From NCBI RefSeq assembly GCF_009914755.1, contig NC_060927.1: DNA of 64,000 bases, one strand, 5' to 3'. Both the position numbers and the translations under genes were made by a program. The notes under the pieces are model-generated. The model was not told the DNA's origin. It saw only the letters and a list, made by a program, of their open reading frames with translations, and ran no database searches. The stretch comes from the human T2T-CHM13v2.0 reference genome, Homo sapiens. This document shows positions 58,540 to 64,000 of this stretch, piece after piece (the first letter of the stretch is position 1; every line of letters begins with the position of its first letter).

Positions 58540-59388
58540 CGCAGAGCCAATCAAGGAAATCATAAAATCATAAAAGAGATTGTGAACATGGTAAAAATGT
58601 AGAGGGCGGAGGTTAGGGTTTTAAGACATGAATCTTGGAAAAATTTAAGAAATAATAGACACTGCACCACAGGAATTAATAGAAGACAACTTGATGGAGG
58701 TGAGTGCTTCTGATTCAGTGCTGCACGATGAGGAAGATGTAAAAGTGCCAGAAAACAAATTGAAATTATACAATCTGGCAGAAGGATTCCGATTATTTAA
58801 GACTGCTTTTGATGTCTTTTATGACATGGTCTCGTCTATATTAAAGGCACTGAAATTAAACAAACAGTGAAAGAAGGATTGGTACTGTACGGAAACATTT
58901 TTAGATAAATGAAAAAGCAAAAGAGCCAGATAAAAATTATATCATACTTCAGTAAAGTCATGCCACGTGTGCCTGCCTCTCCTGCCTCCCCTTTCACCTC
59001 CTCTACCTCTTCCATTTCTGCCACCCTGAGACAGTAAGAACAATCCCTCGTCTTTTCCCTCTTGCTCAGCCTACTGAACATGAAGATGATGAGGATGAAC
59101 ACCTTTATGATCATCCACTTCCACTTAATGAATAGTAAACATACTTTATCTTCCTTATGATTTTCTTAATAACATTTTCTTTTTTCTAGCTTACTTTATT
59201 GTAAAAATATAGTAGATAATACATATATGAAATATGTGCTAATGGACCATTTATGTTATTGGTGAGACTTCCAGTCAACAGTAGCCTATTTATTAGCAGG
59301 TAGGTTTTGGGGGAGTCAAAAGTTATATACAAATTTTTGACTGCACAAGGTTTAGCAGTCAAACCTCACATTGTTTAAGGGTCAACTG
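58540..59388 (+). mobile_element. Tigger2 (TcMar-Tigger) 3' portion
   Basis: 'agagccaatcaaggaaatc', 'cagcctactgaacatgaagatgatgaggatgaa', terminal 'ttgtttaagggtcaactg' followed by TA. Confidence 0.9.
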
Positions 59389-60438
59389 TATGTAGATGTC
59401 ATGTTTTCTTTATTTATTCATCCATTGATAGACATTTAGGCTGTTCCATATCTTGGCTATTGTGAATAATGCTGCAGTGAACATGGAAGTGCAAATATCT
59501 TGTCAAGAATCACATTTCATTTTCTTTGGATGTATATTCAGAAGTGAGATTACTGGATCATATGATAATTTGATCATATAGTTTATTAGTTTAAAAATAG
59601 TTTTAATTTTTTGAGAAATCTCCATATTGTTTTCCATAATGGCTGCACCAATTTACATTTCCACCAACAGTGTACAAGAGTTTTCTTTTCTCCACATCCT
59701 CATCAGCACTTTACATCTTTTGACTTTTTGATAATAGCTATTATAAGGTGTGGCTGTGTATAACTTCAGGTGTGAAGTGATATCTCACTGTGACTTTGAT
59801 TTATATTTCCCTGATGATTAACAATGTGGAGAACCTTTTCATATACCTTCTGGCTATTTTCATGTCCTCTTTGGAGAAATGTCCATTCACCTGCTCTGCT
59901 CATTCTTTAAATCAGGTTTTTTTGTGTGTTATGAGATTGTACAAGTTCCTTATATATTTTGGATATTATCCCCTTATTAGATGTATAGTTTGCAAACATT
60001 TTGTCCCATTCCATAGATTGTGCAATCTATGGAATATTTCCCTTGCTGTGCAGAAACATTTAAATTTGATGAAATACACTTGTCTGTTTTTTGCATTTGT
60101 TGCCTATGCTTTTGGTGTTATATCCAAAATATTATTTCAAGACCAATGTTGAGAAACTCTTTTCCTGTTTTCTGGTAGGATTTTAAAGTTTCATTTACTA
60201 TGCTGAAGGCTTTAATCCATCTTAAGTTGATATTTGTATATGATGTGAGATAAGAATACAATTTCACTCTTCTGCATATGGATATCCAGTTTTTTGAACA
60301 TTTGTTATTAAACAAACTATCTTTTTCCCTTTGTGTGTTCTTGGCATCTGTGTCAAAGATCAGATGTCTGGAAATGTGTAGATTTATTTCTGGGCTCTCT
60401 ATTCTATTTCATTGGTCTATATGTCTGTTGGTGTTTTT

Positions 60439-61532
60439 GTTTTGTTTTGTTTTGTTTTTGTATCACCTGAAGCTTTTATTGTCTTACCACAATTATGGGT
60501 TTGACAAACAAAACATTGGTTATAAACTATTTTAGAAATTTTATAACAGTCATGCCACCAATCTTTTTTCATAAGTTGAAGCATTTTATCTCCTCCATAA
60601 TGAATCATGGAGTGCAGAGCTTTTAATGTTGGAAGATTTAAGACTCTGGAAGAACGAGGCAGCCATCCAGGTTCTTCCTGTGTCCAGGCTTAACACTGGA
60701 TTTACTTTCTCTTAAATACCAACTTTGTTTCTCCAATTCAGGTGCTTGTAGCACTGTTTATTGAATAGATTTTATCAAATGTAATTTGACTTGGATCGAT
60801 ATTATAGAATTCATTCAAATTGTACATCTTAATAATTTCATTACTGGCTTAATTAGCAAGAAATCCTGCCCAGGTCATTTTCTTGGTATTATTTCTTATT
60901 CTGTGTGACATTAGGTTAGCCGTTTTATGAATCAGTCAATTTCTTCATTAGAGTCCTGGAATTTTTTACCCAATCCAATTGTATGATTTTAAAGTTATCA
61001 GAAACCTGTACCTCTCAGAGTTCTTTCCATGAATCTCCTTGAAGAGGAACACTTTAGGCTTATAGTTGCTCAGGAAATACCAGAGTAAGCAATTGACTAT
61101 CTGTGAATGAAAAGACTTAAAATGGCAACGACTTTAAAGATCTGGTAAGGGTTCATTACAATAATGACACAATTGGCAAGGAAACTCAGTTAATTCTGTT
61201 GTATTCAACATTTTAAGACAATAACTAGAATTATGACTGATAGCTTTATAGCAGGACTATTAGATTTCTATGAATTTTACACAATTTCTGAAATACATAT
61301 TAATAACACATTCATACAAATATAATTCAAAAAATTTAGTGTTATTTATTATTTGATAATGCTTTCTATATAATTTAACATATCAGATCAGCCCAATTAG
61401 TTTAATATGTCTCTTTCTATAAGGAGAGATGTCCTTTTGAGATATTCTGAAGGCCCATATGGAAAACTTCAAAGTTAATTCATGTCAAGAAAAGACTTAA
61501 TTTAGAATTTTATTTTGGAAAGTTTATCAAAA
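60439..61532 (-). mobile_element. LTR-less ERV1 (MER4-group-like) internal fragment inserted as a polyadenylated retrocopy
   Basis: MER4-group internal motifs ('aaagttatcagaaacctgta', 'actagaattatgactgatagc', 'aaagacttaatttagaatttt'); (GTTTT)n tail, AATAAA, TSD. Confidence 0.85.
60461..60623 (-). pseudogene. Retroviral integrase N-terminal HHCC zinc-binding domain remnant
   Basis: Translates KALHSMIHYGGDKMLQLMKKDWWHDCYKISKIVYNQCFVCQTHNCGKTIK: H-x3-H-x28-C-x2-C. Confidence 0.8.
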
Positions 61533-63914
61533 ATATGTGTATTGGTTTTTATGACAGTATCATACTGTTTTTATAACTGTAGTTTTGTAATGTATTTTGA
61601 AATCAAGAAATGTGATGCTTCCAGCTTTGCTATTCTTGCTTAAGATTGCTTTGGCCATTTGGGGTCTTTGTGGTTCCACATGAATTTTAGGATTATGTTT
61701 TCTATTTCTGTAGAGAATGACATTGAGATTTTGATAGAGATTGCATCAAATTTGTAGATCAATTTGGGTAGTATAAACATTTTAACAATATTCTTTCAAT
61801 CCATGAGCACAGAATGTCTCTTCATTTATCCATCTTCTGTAATTTCCTTCATTAATGTTTTGTGATTTTTAGTGTATAAAACTTCCACTTCTTTGGTTCA
61901 ATTATTCATAAGTATTTTATTCTTTTGTTACTATCGTAAATGGTATTGCTTTCTTAATTTCCTTTTTTGGATAGTTTATTGTTAATGTATCATGAAATGT
62001 TTCCATAGATTGATGTATTCTACAATACCACTGAATTAATTTGTTAGTTTTAATAATTTTTGTTGTTGCTTTTAAGCTTTTAAAGATTTCTACAAATATG
62101 ATTACATCATGTGCAGGCAGAGACAATTTTACTTCTTTCTTTCCAATTTGAATGACATTTATTTCTTTTTCTTGATTCATTGTTCTACCTAGAACTTCCA
62201 ATGCTATGTTGAATAGAAATGGTGAGAGTGGGCAACATCATCTTGTACTAGATCTCAGAGGAAAAACGTTTACCTCACTGATTATGATGTTAGCTGTGAG
62301 CTTTTCATAAGTGGTCTTTATTGTGTTGCAGTAAGTTTGTTCTTTATCTATTTTGTTGAAGGATTTTTTTTTTAAACCATGAGCCTATGTGGAATTTTGT
62401 CAAATACTTTTTCTGAATATATTGGGATTATCATGTTGTCTGTTAATGTAGTGAGTCACATTGATTGATTATGTTGAAATATCTATGCATCCTAGAGATA
62501 AATTCTACTTGATCATGGTGTATAATCCTTTCATGTGCTGCTGAATTTTGTTTGCTAGTATATTATGATGGATTTTGGCATCTATCTTCATTAGGAATAT
62601 TGGTCTGTAGTTTCCTTGTGGTGACATGTTTTAGCTTTGGTATCAGGGTGTTGCTGGCCTCATAAAATGAGTTTGGAAGCATTTCCCCCTCTTTTTTTTG
62701 AAGTATTCAAGAAGCATTAGTATTCTCTGAATGTTTGGTAGAATTCACCTATGAAACCATTTGGTCCTGGACTTCTCTGCATTGGTAGGTTTTTGATTAC
62801 TGATTCAATCTTTTTATTTGTTACTGGTTTGTTCAGATTTTCTATTTCTTTTAGATTCAGTCTCAGTAGGTTGTACATTTGTAGGAATTTATGCCTTTCT
62901 TCTAAGTTATCCAATTTGTTGGCAATAATTTTTAAAAAAATCCCTTGTGATCATTTTTATTTCTGTGGCATCCATTGTAATGTCTTTTCTTTTATTCTTA
63001 TTTTATTTATTTGAGATTCCTCTTTTCTTTCTTATTCTAGCTAAGCATTTGTTCACTCTTTACTTTTCTAAACACCAACTTGTAGTATTGTGATTTCTCC
63101 CATTATTTTTCTATTCTCTCTTTGATTTATTTCTGCTTTATTCTTTATTATTTCTTTCCTTCCACTAACTTTGGGCTTACTTTGTTCTTTTTGTAGTTCC
63201 TTGAGATGTAAAGTTAGGTTGTTTATTTGAGAACTGTCTTTCTTAATGTAAGCATTTATCATAATAAACTATCCTGTGAGTACAGCTTTTGCTGCATCCC
63301 ATAAGTTTTGGTGTGTTGTGTTTTTATTTTTGTTTGTCTTCAGATATATTTAAAATTCAATTTTGATTTTCTATTTGACCCAAAGATTACTCGAGAGTAT
63401 ATTGTTTAGTTTCCATGTTTTTGTAAGTGTTCTTATTCTCTCATTGTTAATGATTTCTAGTTTCATTCCACTCTGATCAGAAAAGATACTCAGTATTCTT
63501 TCAATATTAAATTTGTTAAGACTTGTTTTGTAATCTAATGTGACCTAGCTTAGAGAATGTTTCACGTGCACCTAAGAAGAATGTATATTTTTCTGCTGCT
63601 GGGTTGAAAGTTTGGTGTATGTCTGTTGGGTCCGTTTGGCCTATAGTGTTGTTCAAGTCTTCCTTTTCCTTATCAATTTTCTGTGTAGGTATTTTCTTGA
63701 AAGTGGATACTGAAGTATCCTACTCACACTATGCTGGTTAATTTCTTCCTACTGATCTGTCAATACTTTCTTTATATGTTTAGGTGTTCTGATGTTGGGT
63801 ACATATATATTTATGCTTGTTATATCTTTCTATTGAATTCACACTTTTATCATTATATAATGACTTTCTTTGACTCTAAGAGGCAATTTTTGACTTATAT
63901 AATCTATTTCATCT

Positions 63915-63959
63915 TATATATATATATATAACATGCAAATGGTAAACAGAAAAAAGCAG

Positions 63960-63996
<37 letters not shown>
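63915..63996. repeat. (TA)8 - 30-bp L1 piece - (TG)11 - (TA)7
   Basis: Read directly from the sequence. Confidence 0.95.
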
Positions 63997-64000
63997 GATA

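Larger units (their letters stand above)
59391..63914 (-). mobile_element. L1MA-type LINE (3' UTR plus degraded ORF2), split by an ERV-derived insert
   Basis: ORF-track peptides 61917-62201 (GKKEVKLSLPAHDVII, degenerate LFADD region), 62717-62914 (SPGPNGFIGEFYQTF) and 63068-63262 (QINNLTLHLKELQKEQSKPK) are L1 ORF2p; antisense 3' UTR 'ttggctattgtgaataatgctgcagtgaacat'. Confidence 0.95.

Noticed and set aside
61917-63262. ORFs resembling reverse transcriptase/ORF2p
   Set aside because: Broken L1 ORF2 remnants with many stops; not an active element or a new RT system.

Overview
AT-rich, CpG-depleted primate genomic DNA. AluY copies indicate a catarrhine, most likely human. I can support no protein-coding gene, RNA gene or CpG island. 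The listed ORFs are Alu, L1 or LTR read-throughs or chance ORFs. The window is a mosaic of transposon fossils: 15 Alus, two long antisense L1s (about 15.8-21.2 kb and 59.4-63.9 kb), MaLR/ERV LTRs (THE1, MLT1, MST, MER67), Tigger2, MER96B-like, MIR and L2 fragments, with repeat-poor spacers between them. Subfamily names come from recalled consensus sequences, not a database search. I found no new multi-gene system. The best leads are: (1) an LTR-less ~1.1-kb ERV pol/integrase fragment carrying AATAAA, a decayed poly(A) tail and a target-site duplication (TSD), which looks like an L1-mobilised, prematurely polyadenylated ERV retrocopy; (2) a 52-bp micro-inversion between two (TA)n tracts at the window end; (3) two inverted AluYs 6 kb apart sharing non-consensus variants; (4) several strong minus-strand non-coding exon candidates; (5) two CpG-retaining candidate regulatory patches.
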